Positions 40,655-54,992 are shown, numbered from the whole stretch's first letter. The stretch is DNA of 62,878 nucleotides, filler included, from Octopus bimaculoides (GCF_001194135.2; 5 parts of 5 records of this genome joined end to end with filler, not necessarily neighbours in it), one strand, 5' to 3'. Made by a program: numbers and translations. Notes: generated from the sequence alone by a model not told the origin.

Positions 40655-41337
40655 TTGTTCTTCCTCTGTTACTACTACGTATCTCCTTTTCCCCCTCGTA
40701 TTTCCTCTCTTTCTCTTTTCCTCTCGTTGCTCACCATTCTTCTACTTCCTCCCTCTCTTTCTCCCTCTACCACTCTCTCTCTCTTCCCTTTACACCGGCA
40801 TGGTCACATGCTTCCGGTCAATAATCCTTTCCTTCCTTGGCTTTCGCCAAGTAACACACGCTACCACTGTCTCTCTCGGTTCCGTGCCTCATCGCGTTCA
40901 TACACACATAATTTTTCTCGTCTGGCCGTAAAGCCTTCTGTTTGTTTTCCTGTCTTGTTTTTCGTCCGCCACTACATTCCTCCTTGGCTACTGCCCGAAG
41001 CTCGTCGAAACGCCGGTGTTAAAACGTGGGTAGCTGAAGAAGTAGAATGTTCTCTATGTGGCTCGTGTGTTCTCGTCTACGTTTGTGTGCAATGTCCTGT
41101 ACCCAGATATGCACCTATACATACAGGTGGATGTCGGTATGCACATACCTGTACGTATATATGCATATACTCATTTACTTTTGTTTTTACATGATTGAAC
41201 GCAGCGTCTCACAAAAATTGTAAGTAGTTCGTAAACTTATCCTCCGACGCTACTCTTTCTCTTTCTCTTTCCTTTCTCCCCCCCTCGTTCTTCCTCTGTA
41301 CTACTACGTATCTCGCCTTACCCCTCTTGTTCTTCCT
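40620..41337 (+). mobile_element. Probable Penelope pseudo-LTR-like repeat with direct terminal repeat
   Basis: gttcttcctctgt(t)actactacgtatctc occurs at about 40637 and 41267; gaaacgccggtgtt hammerhead-like half motif near 41007. Confidence 0.35.
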
Positions 41338-41438
41338 NNNNNNNNNNNNNNNNNNNNNNNNNNNNNNNNNNNNNNNNNNNNTTAATTAATTAANNNNNNN
41401 NNNNNNNNNNNNNNNNNNNNNNNNNNNNNNNNNNNNNT

Positions 41439-41471
<33 letters not shown>

Positions 41472-41688
41472 CATGTACGTGAATATGTGTCACACACACT
41501 ATATATACATATACACACACACATTTGCATGTCTATTTACATGTGTATGTATACATATATATATATATGACTATATATATGTATATATATATATGGAGAT
41601 ATATATATATGGATATATATATATATATATATGGATATATATATATATGGATATATATANNNNNNNNNNTATATATATATATATATGA

Positions 41689-41731
<43 letters not shown>

Positions 41732-42388
41732 TGTAAATGTGTGTATATATATATATGAATGTGTGGATATATATATACACACATATATTTCTTCAACAAT
41801 TGATGGATTTGTCCTTTTTATTCTATTTCTATTCCGAGGCTGTTTTTGTTGTTGTTGTTCTTATTGCTCCTGTGCTTTCTGTTTTTTGTTTTATTCTTCG
41901 TGCTGCCGTCTCTGCCGGCGCTGCTGCTGCTGCTGTTGTCAATGGTTCTTCTTTTTGTCTTCACATTTACTACTAGAGTTTTGTTTATTCATTTTTTCAT
42001 TCATTTATTTATTTTATAATTTGCTATTCGATTTATTTATTTATTTGTTGTTTTATTCACTTTTTTCCTCCTGCTCCCCCTCCTCCTCCTCCTCCTCCTC
42101 CTCCTCCTTTAATATCTATTTTAGTTTCGTTGTGTTACACCTCACACATACATAACGAAAGAAAATTATATATTCGTGTGTGTGAGTTCTTCAGCTGTCT
42201 TTTTTCTTTTATTCTTCCCCTCTTTCTTTCTTTCTTTTTTTCTTTCCTTCTTTCTCCCTTCCTTTCTTTTTTTCTTTCTTCTGCTGAATTTTTCTCTTTT
42301 TCTCGCATTCCCTCTGCCCCTTCCTCTTCCACACAAGCCTACATACACTCACAACACATATACTAGCGCATGCACACACACATACATA

Positions 42389-42446
<58 letters not shown>

Positions 42447-43195
42447 GTGTGTTTATACATGTACAATTATACATATACATGTATACATATATATTTACGT
42501 ATTTACATTCTCAAAAATATCAATACATAACNNNNNNNNNNNNNNNNNNNNNNNNNNNNNNNNNNNNNNNNNNNNNNNNNNNNNNNNNNNNNNNNNNNNN
42601 NNNNNNNNNNNNNNNNNNNNNNNNNNNNNNNNNNNNNNNNNNNNNNNNNNNNNNNNNNNNNNNNNNNNNNNNNNNNNNNNNNNNNNNNNNNNNNNNNNNN
42701 NNNNNNNNNNNNNNNNNNNNNNNNNNNNNNNNNNNNNNNNNNNNNNNNNNNNNNNNNNNNNNNNNNNNNNNNNNNNNNNNNNNNNNNNNNNNNNNNNNNN
42801 NNNNNNNNNNNNNNNNNNNNNNNNNNNNNNNNNNNNNNNNNNNNNNNNNNNNNNNNNNNNNNNNNNNNNNNNNNNNNNNNNNNNNNNNNNNNNNNNNNNN
42901 NNNNNNNNNNNNNNNNNNNNNNNNNNNNNNNNNNNNNNNNNNNNNNNNNNNNNNNNNNNNNNNNNNNNNNNNNNNNNNNNNNNNNNNNNNNNNNNNNNNN
43001 NNNNNNNNNNNNNNNNNNNNNNNNNNNNNNNNNNNNNNNNNNNNNNNNNNNNNNNNNNNNNNNNNNNNNNNNNNNNNNNNNNNNNNNNNNNNNNNNNNNN
43101 NNNNNNNNNNNNNNNNNNNNNNNNNNNNNNNNNNNNNNNNNNNNNNNNNNNNNNNNNNNNNNNNNNNNNNNNNNNNNNNNNNNNNNNNNNNNNNN

Positions 43196-43228
<33 letters not shown>

Positions 43229-44828
43229 TATATTTATTTATATATATCTGAATTTATACATATATGTACATATAATGACTACTGCACGTTCTTGTACACC
43301 CACGTACACCCACACTAGAGCACAGAACAGCACCAACACGTACTCGGGCATACAGACGCGGTTACATTCTATCAGCCTCTGCATGCATATATGCGTTTAT
43401 CTACGTTTGCATGTGTGTGCTTGTGTATGTGTGTGTATGTGCGTATGCGTGCGTTGTAATGTGATGTTCATCAATAAATATGTTTAATGTGTATGTATGT
43501 ACGTATGTCTTTGCAACATACAAGGACGCACAATACCAAGCATATATACATATAGAAAGCACATATACATACAGTAATACAGACATACACTGATCCCTAC
43601 CTACCTACATGCATACACACACACATACAGACACACATATGTAATGAAATATAAAGAAGAAAAATGCACAAAATGTATATATTTTTTAAATAAAATATTT
43701 ACGTAGTCAACCGGTTTCTCTTTTGCTAATCAATATTATGAAATTAGTGAAAACATTACAAGTTCACGGATCCTAAGAAGTTTTCAGTACATGTTAGTAG
43801 CATGAAAGTTGTATAGTAAATGAATCAGTCGACACGTATGATATATTAGAAATTAAGAAAAACTCTAGCCTAAATATTTAGTTCCTACGCTCGTTTCGAC
43901 ATCACAGTTAATTTTAATTCAGGNNNNNNNNNNNNNNNNNNNNNNNNNNNNNNNNNNNNNNNNNNNNNNNNNNNNNNNNNNNNNNNNNNNNNNNNNNNNN
44001 NNNNNNNNNNNNNNNNNNNNNNNNNNNNNNNNNNNNNNNNNNNNNNNNNNNNNNNNNNNNNNNNNNNNNNNNNNNNNNNNNNNNNNNNNNNNNNNNNNNN
44101 NNNNNNNNNNNNNNNNNNNNNNNNNNNNNNNNNNNNNNNNNNNNNNNNNNNNNNNNNNNNNNNNNNNNNNNNNNNNNNNNNNNNNNNNNNNNNNNNNNNN
44201 NNNNNNNNNNNNNNNNNNNNNNNNNNNNNNNNNNNNNNNNNNNNNNNNNNNNNNNNNNNNNNNNNNNNNNNNNNNNNNNNNNNNNNNNNNNNNNNNNNNN
44301 NNNNNNNNNNNNNNNNNNNNNNNNNNNNNNNNNNNNNNNNNNNNNNNNNNNNNNNNNNNNNNNNNNNNNNNNNNNNNNNNNNNNNNNNNNNNNNNNNNNN
44401 NNNNNNNNNNNNNNNNNNNNNNNNNNNNNNNNNNNNNNNNNNNNNNNNNNNNNNNNNNNNNNNNNNNNNNNNNNNNNNNNNNNNNNNNNNNNNNNNNNNN
44501 NNNNNNNNNNNNNNNNNNNNNNNNNNNNNNNNNNNNNNNNNNNNNNNNNNNNNNNNNNNNNNNNNNNNNNNNNNNNNNNNNNNNNNNNNNNNNNNNNNNN
44601 NNNNNNNNNNNNNNNNNNNNNNNNNNNNNNNNNNNNNNNNNNNNNNNNNNNNNNNNNNNNNNNNNNNNNNNNNNNNNNNNNNNNNNNNNNNNNNNNNNNN
44701 NNNNNNNNNNNNNNNNNNNNNNNNNNNNNNNNNNNNNNNNNNNNNNNNNNNNNNNNNNNNNNNNNNNNNNNNNNNNNNNNNNNNNNNNNNNNNNNNNNNN
44801 NNNNNNNNNNNNNNNNNNNNNNNNNNNN

Positions 44829-44863
<35 letters not shown>

Positions 44864-44864
<1 letters not shown>

Positions 44865-45081
44865 GAGGGAGCGGTTGAAAAGTTTCTGGCTTTGGGTAAA
44901 AGAAAATACTGGAGGATCAGTTAATTATGACTTTATTTAACATATTCTCCTCTCAGATTCACACACTTATTGCAGCGGTCCTTCAGTTTTTCTATGCCCT
45001 GTAACAGAACTCGGAGGCTGCGCCTCCAACCAGACCTTTCACGATACTCTTAAAGCCAAGACCTTTTCAGCACCCCCCTTG
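44864..45081 (+). mobile_element. Mariner-derived MITE, copy 3
   Basis: cgagggagcggttgaaaagtttctggcttt ... aaagccaagaccttttcagcaccccccttg-TA. Confidence 0.8.
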
Positions 45082-45139
45082 TACCTGTACTGTGTACCAG
45101 TTATCTGAGAATTAAACCTTTAAAAAGTATAAGGCGTCT

Positions 45140-45450
45140 AAACTTTCTACTTTCAGTCCCAGCAGGAATTCTGGATGCTTCAAAACTAAGACACACAATG
45201 AAAAGACAGGCCGTTCGCTGATGATGCTGTGTTCGTGTTTGAAATGAGAAAAGAACTCCGAGCTTCGATGGAGAGTGCCTCTTCCGTGCTCAAAAGCGAA
45301 AGATATTCTCGGTGGACAGACATTATCAGAGGAGTTGAGTTTGTTCAGCAAATCTTGGGCAAGTTCAGCGACAACCCCCTACATATCACACGTCACATAT
45401 TCCCATGTGACGAGTGCTCGAAAACATATAGAGCAAATTCTTTGTTGTGG
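45140..45450 (+). mobile_element. Heavily deleted RTE-like LINE fragment
   Basis: FADDAVFVFE...ELRASME (RT FADD motif), RWTDIIR and FPCDECSKTY (terminal finger). Confidence 0.45.
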
Positions 45451-46850
45451 GAAGTGGGTAGTTTACTTAATTATCATTAACATCTTCATCAGCATAATAT
45501 TCGTTATCATACACTTTATAGGGAATAATTGACGGATTTTTTCCCTTATGAGGTTTTTTCACGCTAACTACTTGATAAATTCTTATAAAGATTTCATCCT
45601 ATATTTGAATTGTAAATTCCACCAGAATATATTCAGTGCTGAATTTTATTCTGAAAAAAACACGTGTACCGAGATGCAATTCGAAAATCCCGCCTCTTTC
45701 ATAGATATATAGGGATAAACAATTTCTATGTACTATGCTGAATACATGGAATTCCACCTAGCGTGAGGCATTTATGTATAGTAAAGCCCTTAATATAAAT
45801 AAATATATTTACAGGGAATAATTAATAAATTTTTCCCTTATGAAGTTTTTTTCACGCTAACTACTTGATAAATTCTTATAAAGATTTTATCCTATATTTG
45901 AATTGTATATACCACGTATCTTTATTGCCACAAGGCAGACCTACCAACATGCTTACTGAACGGAACATTGCCTTCATGGGGCTACACATTTACTGCTACA
46001 CCGTGGAATGGAATGTCTTGCTCAAGATTGCAACGCACCACAGTGCCAGCAATAGAAACCGCGAGCTTACATACCTTCATATATACAACAAAACACACAC
46101 ACACACATATATACACACACACAAAGATATGCACACTCACAAACGTACACACATACATATATNNNNNNNNNNNNNNNNNNNNNNNNNNNNNNNNNNNNNN
46201 NNNNNNTTAATTAATTAANNNNNNNNNNNNNNNNNNNNNNNNNNNNNNNNNNNNNNNNNNNNTATATATATATGTATATATACAATTTTATTTGCGTGTA
46301 AGTTTGTGTTTTACGTGTATATGCGTGCATGTATGTAAATATGTAGTGTGTATATCCAAAAATATTAATCGGGAAAAAAAAAATCATATGTAATAAATTT
46401 GCGAACTTAATTAATTCATCATATCATCTTGTTAACATACACGCACTCATACCACAACAACAACTATAGCAGACAACGAAATGAATGTTAAACCAGTCAG
46501 GGCACGCAAACGTGTAGAGGACACTTAATGAATCGCGGTTTTTTCTTGTAGTGTGTTTTGCCGCCAATTTACCCTAGGTGCACAGCCGTCTTGCCTATGT
46601 GCGTGTCAAACTGTGAGCATATAAACTCCGACTCACCTTCTCATAATTGCTGTTTAAAACATCACTTATGTATTTGTATATATGAGTCTGTGTTTGTATG
46701 TGTGTATTTGTGCACACACACCACACATACATGCATATGCGTGTATGTGTATGTGCGTGAGTGTATATGTGTGTGTGTGTGTGTGCGTGCGTGTGCGTGT
46801 GTGTATGTACGTTTGTTTGTAGGTGTGTGTGTGTGAGTGTGTGTGTGTGC

Positions 46851-46897
<47 letters not shown>

Positions 46898-47744
46898 NNN
46901 NNNNNNNNNNNNNNNNNNNNNNNNNNNNNNNNNNNNNNNNNNNNNNNNNNNNNNNNNNNNNNNNNNNNNNNNNNNNNNNNNNNNNNNNNNNNNNNNNNNN
47001 TATATATATATATATATATATATATTTGTGTGTGGCTGTGTGCGCGCGTGTGCGTGTGTGCGTGTGTGTGCGTGTGTGTGCGTGTGTGTTGAGATGATGG
47101 AATGACGGAGTCGATATATATTGTATATTCTTCATGAACAAAATCCTAAATGTTCAATTTTGAATTTCAATTTTAATTCACCTGAAGAAAACGAGTTTTT
47201 TTTTAATGACCTAAGCGTCTGAAACAGCTGTAGTGAGACTCTGGTTATTTGTTTTATTATTTACACTACACAACGACCGGAGCCCTTCCTACTTTGGCTA
47301 TAGAGCTTAAAGTGAACCACGGACTGCATGCCAGTGTATGTCTGCGTTCGGTTTGACATATACTCGGGTACTTATATTGTTGAGTGTATTAGTTCTGTCC
47401 ATGTGAATGTTTATGTACGTGAAAGGATAAGTCTTGATATGCATTAATATGTACATGAGAGTCCATCTATACTGTTGATACATGGATATGCTATTCTTGA
47501 TCCTACTTTGGTAACTTTATTATTAGAATACTTTGATTCTCTAGGGTCCTGCAAATAACTAATATACACATACATACATACATACATACATANNNNNNNN
47601 NNTGATTCTCTAGGGTCCTGCAAATAACTAATATACACATACATACATACATACATACATACATACATACATACACACATACATACATAAATACATACAT
47701 ACATACATACATACATACATACATACATACATACATACATACAT

Positions 47745-48381
47745 ACAGGAGGTGCTAAATCTGGCGAATAGGATCGGTACAGAAGCAATACCATGTTGTT
47801 TTTGGTGAGAAACTCATAAATGGAGAGAGGTCGGTGACAGGATGCATTGTCATCGTGACAAAACCCAATTCTTTCCGCACCACAGATCCAGTCGCTTTCG
47901 TCGAATGTCCTTCAAACGCTTCGAAACGTTGCAGAACTCTCGATTGACGGTCTAATCTTGGGTGACGATTTTCTGGGGGGTAACGCTCATGGCAGGTCTT
48001 CCAGATCGCTCATACTCTTCCAAGAACGTTTTCCGTTGTTGACGCGCTTGTGCCACTCGAAACATTGCACACCACCCATTGCCCCGTCACCTTAAACTTG
48101 CTGAAGCATTCTCAATGTCTTTCTAACAGACTTCCGAAGGTTAACGCAAAATTTCACGTTGGCCCTTTGTTCTAACTTCCTGTCCATGACAAAGTCGCAG
48201 ATTACAGCATACACGTGATCACAAAAACACAAACCTCACAACTTGCAAAGTATACGCAATGACATCACTCGGCACATTGCCTCATGAAGCTCACTACTAG
48301 CTCTCATTACGCACGCAACCGTGTGCTGCCACCTGTTGGCACGCTACAGAACTAGCCCGGGAACTTTGTGTTGCCACTGCG
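47745..48381 (-). mobile_element. Internally deleted mariner element
   Basis: Minus translation EQRANVKFCVNLRKS...MLQQV.GD...FEWHKR, then SYSPDLAP truncated at a (TACA)n tract. Confidence 0.8.
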
Positions 48382-48454
48382 TACACACACACTTGCATAC
48401 ATACATACATACATACATACATACTTATTTTGCACTAAATAAACAATTATAGAC

Positions 48455-48900
48455 GTAGGCATGTTTGTGTGGCAAGTTTGCTTCCCAACTACATGGTTAC
48501 GGTTTCAGTCCCACTGCCTAACGCCTTGGGACAGTGTATTCTACTAAATCCTCAAGCTGACCAAAGCCTTGTGAGTGGATTTGGTAAACGGAATCTAAAA
48601 GACCGTCGTATATATATATAAATAGATATGTGTGTGTGCGTGTGTGTGTGTGTGTGTGTGTTTGTGTGTGTGTACATCTATGTGTGTGCGTTTTTGTGTC
48701 TGTGTTTGTCTGCTACCACCATTTTACAACAGGTGTTGGTATGTTTACGTCCCTGTAACTGAGTGGTTCAATAAAAGACCGACAGAATAAGTACCAGGCT
48801 TAGAAAGAAAATAAGTGCTGGCGTTGATTAGTTCGTCTGAAATTTTTCAAGCTGGTGCCCCAGCGTGGCCGCTGTCTAACGACTGAAAGAAGTGAAAAGG
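48455..48900 (+). mobile_element. tRNA-derived SINE, family A
   Basis: Homologous to 11240-11643 (gaccaaagccttgtgagtggatttggta). Confidence 0.8.
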
Positions 48901-49695
48901 AAAAAAAAAAGAGAAAAAGAATTAGTTATAAGAAATAATTCTCAGTAAAATATACATTTTGTTCTTGATTGCTTTTATCATTTCACACAATTACCAATAA
49001 TGGTATTAACAACCATTTGGAAGAAAAGGAATGCGCGTCACATATTCCCGTTTCTTTTGGACAAACACCAAGAACGTGCACACCATCAATGACCAGTAAG
49101 ATATTTAATAGAGAGAGAGTGTTCTTTTTTCTATTGGCATCTCCTCTATCTTATATTTCATTGTATTTGATGCAGTTGTATTTTACTTGGTGATCTGACT
49201 TGCTTTTAAATAAATAAAGCAATGTCTGTCTGTCCTAGCAACTGGCTACCACTCACCTTACACTGATTGTAGATTTTTGTTATAAAGCATCTCTTTATAT
49301 CACTTCTAGTTTAGCCATCACCACCACCACCACCACCACCACCACCACCACCNNNNNNNNNNNNNNNNNNNNNNNNNNNNNNNNNNNNNNNNNNNNNNNN
49401 NNNNNNNNNNNNNNNNNNNNNNNNNNNNNNNNNNNNNNNNNNNNNNNNNNNNNNNNNNNNNNNNNNNNNNCATATGCAATTCACCAGTGTCTTCTATTTC
49501 ATGATCACATTACCACCAGAACTTATCTCATAATATTTGATGAGTGATTCACATTTAGATGAAACACAGGCAGAGATCGCCATGAAGATCTGACATTGTT
49601 TCCACTGCCAAGTTTGATGTAATGTTTTGAAGAGACGTCGTAATTTATATCAAGACAATTTGCTAGCTACAAGGAAGATGGCTATTGACAGAGAA

Positions 49696-49734
<39 letters not shown>

Positions 49735-50291
49735 AGCGAGGGAAAGAGAGAGAGGAGAAAACAGAGAGAGAGAGATGAGCGTTAGAAAGAGATGCAAATA
49801 GAACGACTGAAAAGAGAATAGTGACATAGAGAGAGGAGTGAAAAAGGGGGAGAGATAGGGAGACAGACAGAGAAACAGACTGATAAAGAGAAAAACACAG
49901 GCAGACAGACAGACAGAGAAGGAAAGGTAAATTTAGGAAGACAACTGAGAATGTGCGAGAAGAGGAGAAAGAGGGGAAATGCGAAAGCCGAATTGAGAAG
50001 ACGAATAAAGAGAAAGAGACAGACAGACAAATAGACAGCCAGAGAGAGATAGACAGACAGATAGACAGCCAGAGAGAGATAGACAGACAGATAGACAGCC
50101 AGAGAGAGATAGACAGCCAGAGAGAGATAGACAGACAGACATAGATAGTCTGAGAGAGAAAGGGAAAAGCTGAAGTTTGAGACAATTAAAGATGTGAAAA
50201 ATGAATCAGAAAATAATAGGACTGATGAGAAAGAGTGGAGGAAAGCGAGAGAGAAAGAGAGAGAGAAAGAGAAAGAGAGAGAGAAAGAGAA

Positions 50292-50340
<49 letters not shown>

Positions 50341-51182
50341 GATAGTGCAAGTGAGGAGAGAGAGAGAGAGAGAGAGAGAGAGCGGGGAGTTGGAAGAAAC
50401 AGAAACGATACAAAGAAAAGGTATGACAGCTATACAGAAAATGACGGAGAGAGAGGCGGNNNNNNNNNNNNNNNNNNNNNNNNNNNNNNNNNNNNNNNNN
50501 NNNNNNNNNNNNNNNNNNNNNNNNNNNNNNNNNNNNNNNNNNNNNNNNNNNNNNNNNNNNNNNNNNNNNNNNNNNNNNNNNNNNNNNNNNNNNNNNNNNN
50601 NNNNNNNNNNNNNNNNNNNNNNNNNNNNNNNNNNNNNNNNNNNNNNNNNNNNNNNNNNNNNNNNNNNNNNNNNNNNNNNNNNNNNNNNNNNNNNNNNNNN
50701 NNNNNNNNNNNNNNNNNNNNNNNNNNNNNNNNNNNNNNNNNNNNNNNNNNNNNNNNNNNNNNNNNNNNNNNNNNNNNNNNNNNNNNNNNNNNNNNNNNNN
50801 NNNNNNNNNNNNNNNNNNNNNNNNNNNNNNNNNNNNNNNNNNNNNNNNNNNNNNNNNNNNNNNNNNNNNNNNNNNNNNNNNNNNNNNNNNNNNNNNNNNN
50901 NNNNNNNNNNNNNNNNNNNNNNNNNNNNNNNNNNNNNNNNNNNNNNNNNNNNNNNNNNNNNNNNNNNNNNNNNNNNNNNNNNNNNNNNNNNNNNNNNNNN
51001 NNNNNNNNNNNNNNNNNNNNNNNNNNNNNNNNNNNNNNNNNNNNNNNNNNNNNNNNNNNNNNNNNNNNNNNNNNNNNNNNNNNNNNNNNNNNNNNNNNNN
51101 NNNNNNNNNNNNNNNNNNNNNNNNNNNNNNNNNNNNNNNNNNNNNNNNNNNNNNNNNNNNNNNNNNNNNNNNATATATATAT

Positions 51183-52347
51183 ACAGGATGTCCAAAAGAA
51201 TGTGTACACATTTTAACAACTGATAATTCATTTAATGTATTTTTTCTGTTGAGGCTTAATCCAGTTGAAATAATTAAGGTAAGGGAATTAGTCGGTTATA
51301 TCGACCCCCAGTATTCCATGGATACTTATTTTAGAAAGGAGTTTCAGACAGACCCTCTTACGCTGCTTATCATCTCTCGATACGCAAGAATAAGTTTTAA
51401 ATGGAAGGAACTTCGGCTTCATTTATAACAAGAAACGTTTACAAGAAAAATTCCGTAAGAAGGCAGACATGGACGAGCCCCACAAACCAAGAAATTGTAC
51501 AAGAAGTGTATTGCCAGGTTTCAAGAAAATCTCTATGGCAAGAAGGTCGATAACATTTCAAATCAAGCTTCCTTCGCATTTTGAAGCGCAGTAATTGAAA
51601 AATTTACCAAGTATAGTCCAAGAAGATGATTCGGACAAAAAGGGAAGTTTCGCAAGTGATATGTGGCAAGATGAATAGAGGATACCCACTTTTGAACAAA
51701 GAATTTTTGGTGTAATGAGGCTACATTTAAATTAAATTGCTCATTTAATCTCCACAATTGCACCAACAGAACACCTGTGAATCCGCATATTACAGAGGAA
51801 AGATCGTGCTGATATTCTGGGAGCTGGAGTTACAGTATGGTGCAGCTTACTATCAAAAGGATTAATTTGACCATTATTTTTTGAGAAGTACTTTAATTGG
51901 TGCCATTTACTTAAACTTGCTGTAACTATGTCATGCCAAGCCTTCAAGAGGAATTTTAAAATAGAGAGTTTTATTTCAAGCAAGATAGGGCCCACAATAC
52001 CATAGTAGTTATAAGGACTTACTTTGATTGAGTTTTGCTAAACTATTTGGTTGGATTAGACTTCTTTTAATGGGATAAAGTTTTCGGTACAAAACCGGCA
52101 ACTGTAGACGAATTGAGGGCAGCCATGGTACAAGAATGCGCACAAAAACCAAACCAAATGTTTCCCGATGTTTGTGATTTCATTGCTTTGTGTTAACATA
52201 AATGACTGATCCAAAACGGTCGTCAGTTTCAAAAAAGAAAGCTACATTAATTTTCAGATTCTACGAAATTTTGAAAATGAAATCTATTTTAATAAAAACT
52301 GGCTTTATATTCTTCCCATCTGTGTATACATTTTGGTGGGGATACAC
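51183..52347 (+). mobile_element. Degenerate maT/DD37D-like transposon
   Basis: TA-CAGGATGTCC start; [20 protein letters not shown]...NPHITEE, FYFKQD and TKPATVDELRAAM; decayed right TIR before the gap. Confidence 0.75.
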
Positions 52348-52554
52348 NNNNNNNNNNNNNNNNNNNNNNNNNNNNNNNNNNNNNNNNNNNNNNNNNNNNN
52401 NNNNNNNNNNNNNNNNNNNNNNNNNNNNNNNNNNNNNNNNNNNNNNNNNNNNNNNNNNNNNNNNNNNNNNNNNNNNNNNNNNNNNNNNNNNNNNNNNNNN
52501 NNNNNNNNNNNNNNNNNNNNNNNNNNNNNNNNNNNNNNNNNNNNNNNNNNNNNN

Positions 52555-53660
52555 TAATCACGACAATTGTTTCGACACATCTAGCATCGATTCCTCTTGA
52601 GTGGGACACTCAACAACTGGTTCAGGAGGATCCGGTGGTACAGATATATCTCGTCGGGGGATAATTAAATAGAACTCGTTAAAATAAGTTCCGCAATGTA
52701 ACTTTCCGTTTTGTAGAGAGAAAAGCAGCCAAACGGAGGAAATATCTTCATTTATATAGAAGATCAAAAATAAAATCACAGATGACAAAAAGAGAAACGA
52801 ACACACAATCCAGCGAGGAAAGTATTAAAAATAATCGTTAACAAATATGAATGTATAAACGCCCTCGGGCAAGCGGCATGGCACGAGTACACTCGCTCAT
52901 ACAAGCATCCACAAAATGTGACCATACGCACACGTGAGGTTTGGTGCACTCATGATCACAAAGCAAGTTATTTATCAATTTGGTGTTTATAAGAATGGAG
53001 AGGATAAAAGTAAACTTAAGTCATCCATACCTTAAATTAAATTAAGTTAACGGTCACTCAAAATTCATTCTCACTGCTTTGTGCGAAAGTACATTTATAT
53101 GTACTTTCGAGAGTCGTTCAGAAATTCTATTATCTTCTCGTTAGTCAACAGATTAGACAGGGATTCTTCGGAGCTGAGACGGCAACTCCTGGAAATTATA
53201 TTGTATGGTTTCGCATACCTTACTATGGACCAATAAATGCTGTACTTCGTTTCATCCTCCTTCAGTCGCCATACAAAATCTGCCAAAGATGTTGAATGTC
53301 CCTTCTTGATTGTCTTTCATTGAAGCTGGCAACATGGTTACGATAACGGTTCTTAGATGAATCAGCCGTCTGCCCAATGTAAACATAGGGCCCTCGCCTT
53401 GTGTACGGTACATTTATATACAAGATTTGTACTCATACAGAGATTCATCAAAGGACACTTTGCTTTTTCTCTGCATGAGCTTTTATCGTATTTATTTGTA
53501 TATAAGGCAGTCCCGACTCCATTTACCGGCGTTGTTACCATGCTAACTGTATCATAAGTATTTCTACTACTACAAATTGGTCGTAGTTGGTGTTTTTCAA
53601 TGCGGTTTACATCTCCTTGGTTGGTATTTAGATGCAAATGTTCGCTGGTTGGCATTTAGA
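52555..53660 (-). mobile_element. Penelope-like element 3' end: GIY-YIG endonuclease remnant plus terminal repeat
   Basis: SCREKAKCPLMNLCMSTNLVYKCTV...VYIGQTADSSKNRYRNHVASF...LADFVWRLKE...YSIYWSIV...CRL. Confidence 0.8.
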
Positions 53661-53828
53661 TGCAACTATATGCATGAGAATACATACATAAAGCAAAGCA
53701 TGCAAAAATACCCCCTTATTGATGTTCAAATTCCAATGAAGGAGACTTGCATCTAGGTTAGAAACTGGCTCATTCTCTATTGGCTAGAAGTCTTGAAATA
53801 AAACTGAACAATAACATACATACATACA

Positions 53829-53862
<34 letters not shown>

Positions 53863-54754
53863 CATAATTACGACGTGGTGAATTAGATATATGCTGCCAT
53901 TTAACATAACCTGTCTCAGTTTTGCTCACAATCTCTCTTTTAAATGTTCCGGTCTCTGTACTCCTTTATGGCTTTCTCTTTCATTTTCACTTTCTCTATT
54001 TCACTCAGCTCCATTCTCTCTATTTCCATTTCCTTTCCTCTTTGTGTCTGTACGACTATTTCTTCTTCTCTATACGTTCCGTTGTAAACCATGAAGCGGA
54101 ATTAATCAATATAATTAAACGAGATAATTAGGAAACTGTAGATTGCACCGAAGGGTGGCTTAATTACGAATTTATGACATATTAGTGACAAGTACGAATT
54201 CTCACCTACACTCTTGTGTCTGCATATATATATATATATANNNNNNNNNNNNNNNNNNNNNNNNNNNNNNNNNNNNNNNNNNNNNNNNNNNNNNNNNNNN
54301 NNNNNNNNNNNNNNNNNNNNNNNNNNNNNNNNNNNNNNNNNNNNNNNNNNNNNNNNNNNNNNNNNNNNNNNNNNNNNNNNNNNNNNNNNNNNNNNNNNNN
54401 NNNNNNNNNNNNNNNNNNNNNNNNNNNNNNNNNNNNNNNNNNNNNNNNNNNNNNNNNNNNNNNNNNNNNNNNNNNNNNNNNNNNNNNNNNNNNNNNNNNN
54501 NNNNNNNNNNNNNNNNNNNNNNNNNNNNNNNNNNNNNNNNNNNNNNNNNNNNNNNNNNNNNNNNNNNNNNNNNNNNNNNNNNNNNNNNNNNNNNNNNNNN
54601 NNNNNNNNCATCATAATTTTGAAATATCAATAAAACCGTCAAAAGCTTCTTTATTTTTATATTTCTTGATTTATTATTAGTGTTGCTTAATATGTTTTGC
54701 TAAAATTGCTGCTTCTTTTCAGATATCATAAGAAAAAGGTAATTAAAATTCATT

Positions 54755-54992
54755 AAAATGACAGAACTATCGGACTTTCATAGAGGTCAAATTGTTGGTG
54801 CTCGTATGGCAGGAGCTAACGTAACGAAAACAGCCGAAATGTTTGGTGTATCAAGAAGTACAGTCACGAAAGTAATGACAGCCTTTGAGAAAGAGAGAAA
54901 AACCTCCTCGTCGAAACAAAATTAATAGTCAATACTATTTAAGCATTTTATCTGATGAAATTCATCCTATGGTTGCAGAACTGTTTCCGGGG
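54755..54992 (+). mobile_element. Tc1-like transposase fragment, internally deleted
   Basis: MTELSDFHRGQIVGARMAGANVTKTAEMFGVSRSTVTKVMTAFEKERKTSS, then YLSILSDEIHPMVAELFP. Confidence 0.85.

Noticed and set aside
47526-47640. Exact duplication around a 10-N gap (similar case at 8128-8180)
   Set aside because: Typical unmerged contig overlap
50020-50145. ~28-bp tandem units (gacagacagatagacagccagagagaga)
   Set aside because: Higher-order microsatellite without unique spacers; not CRISPR-like and not coding
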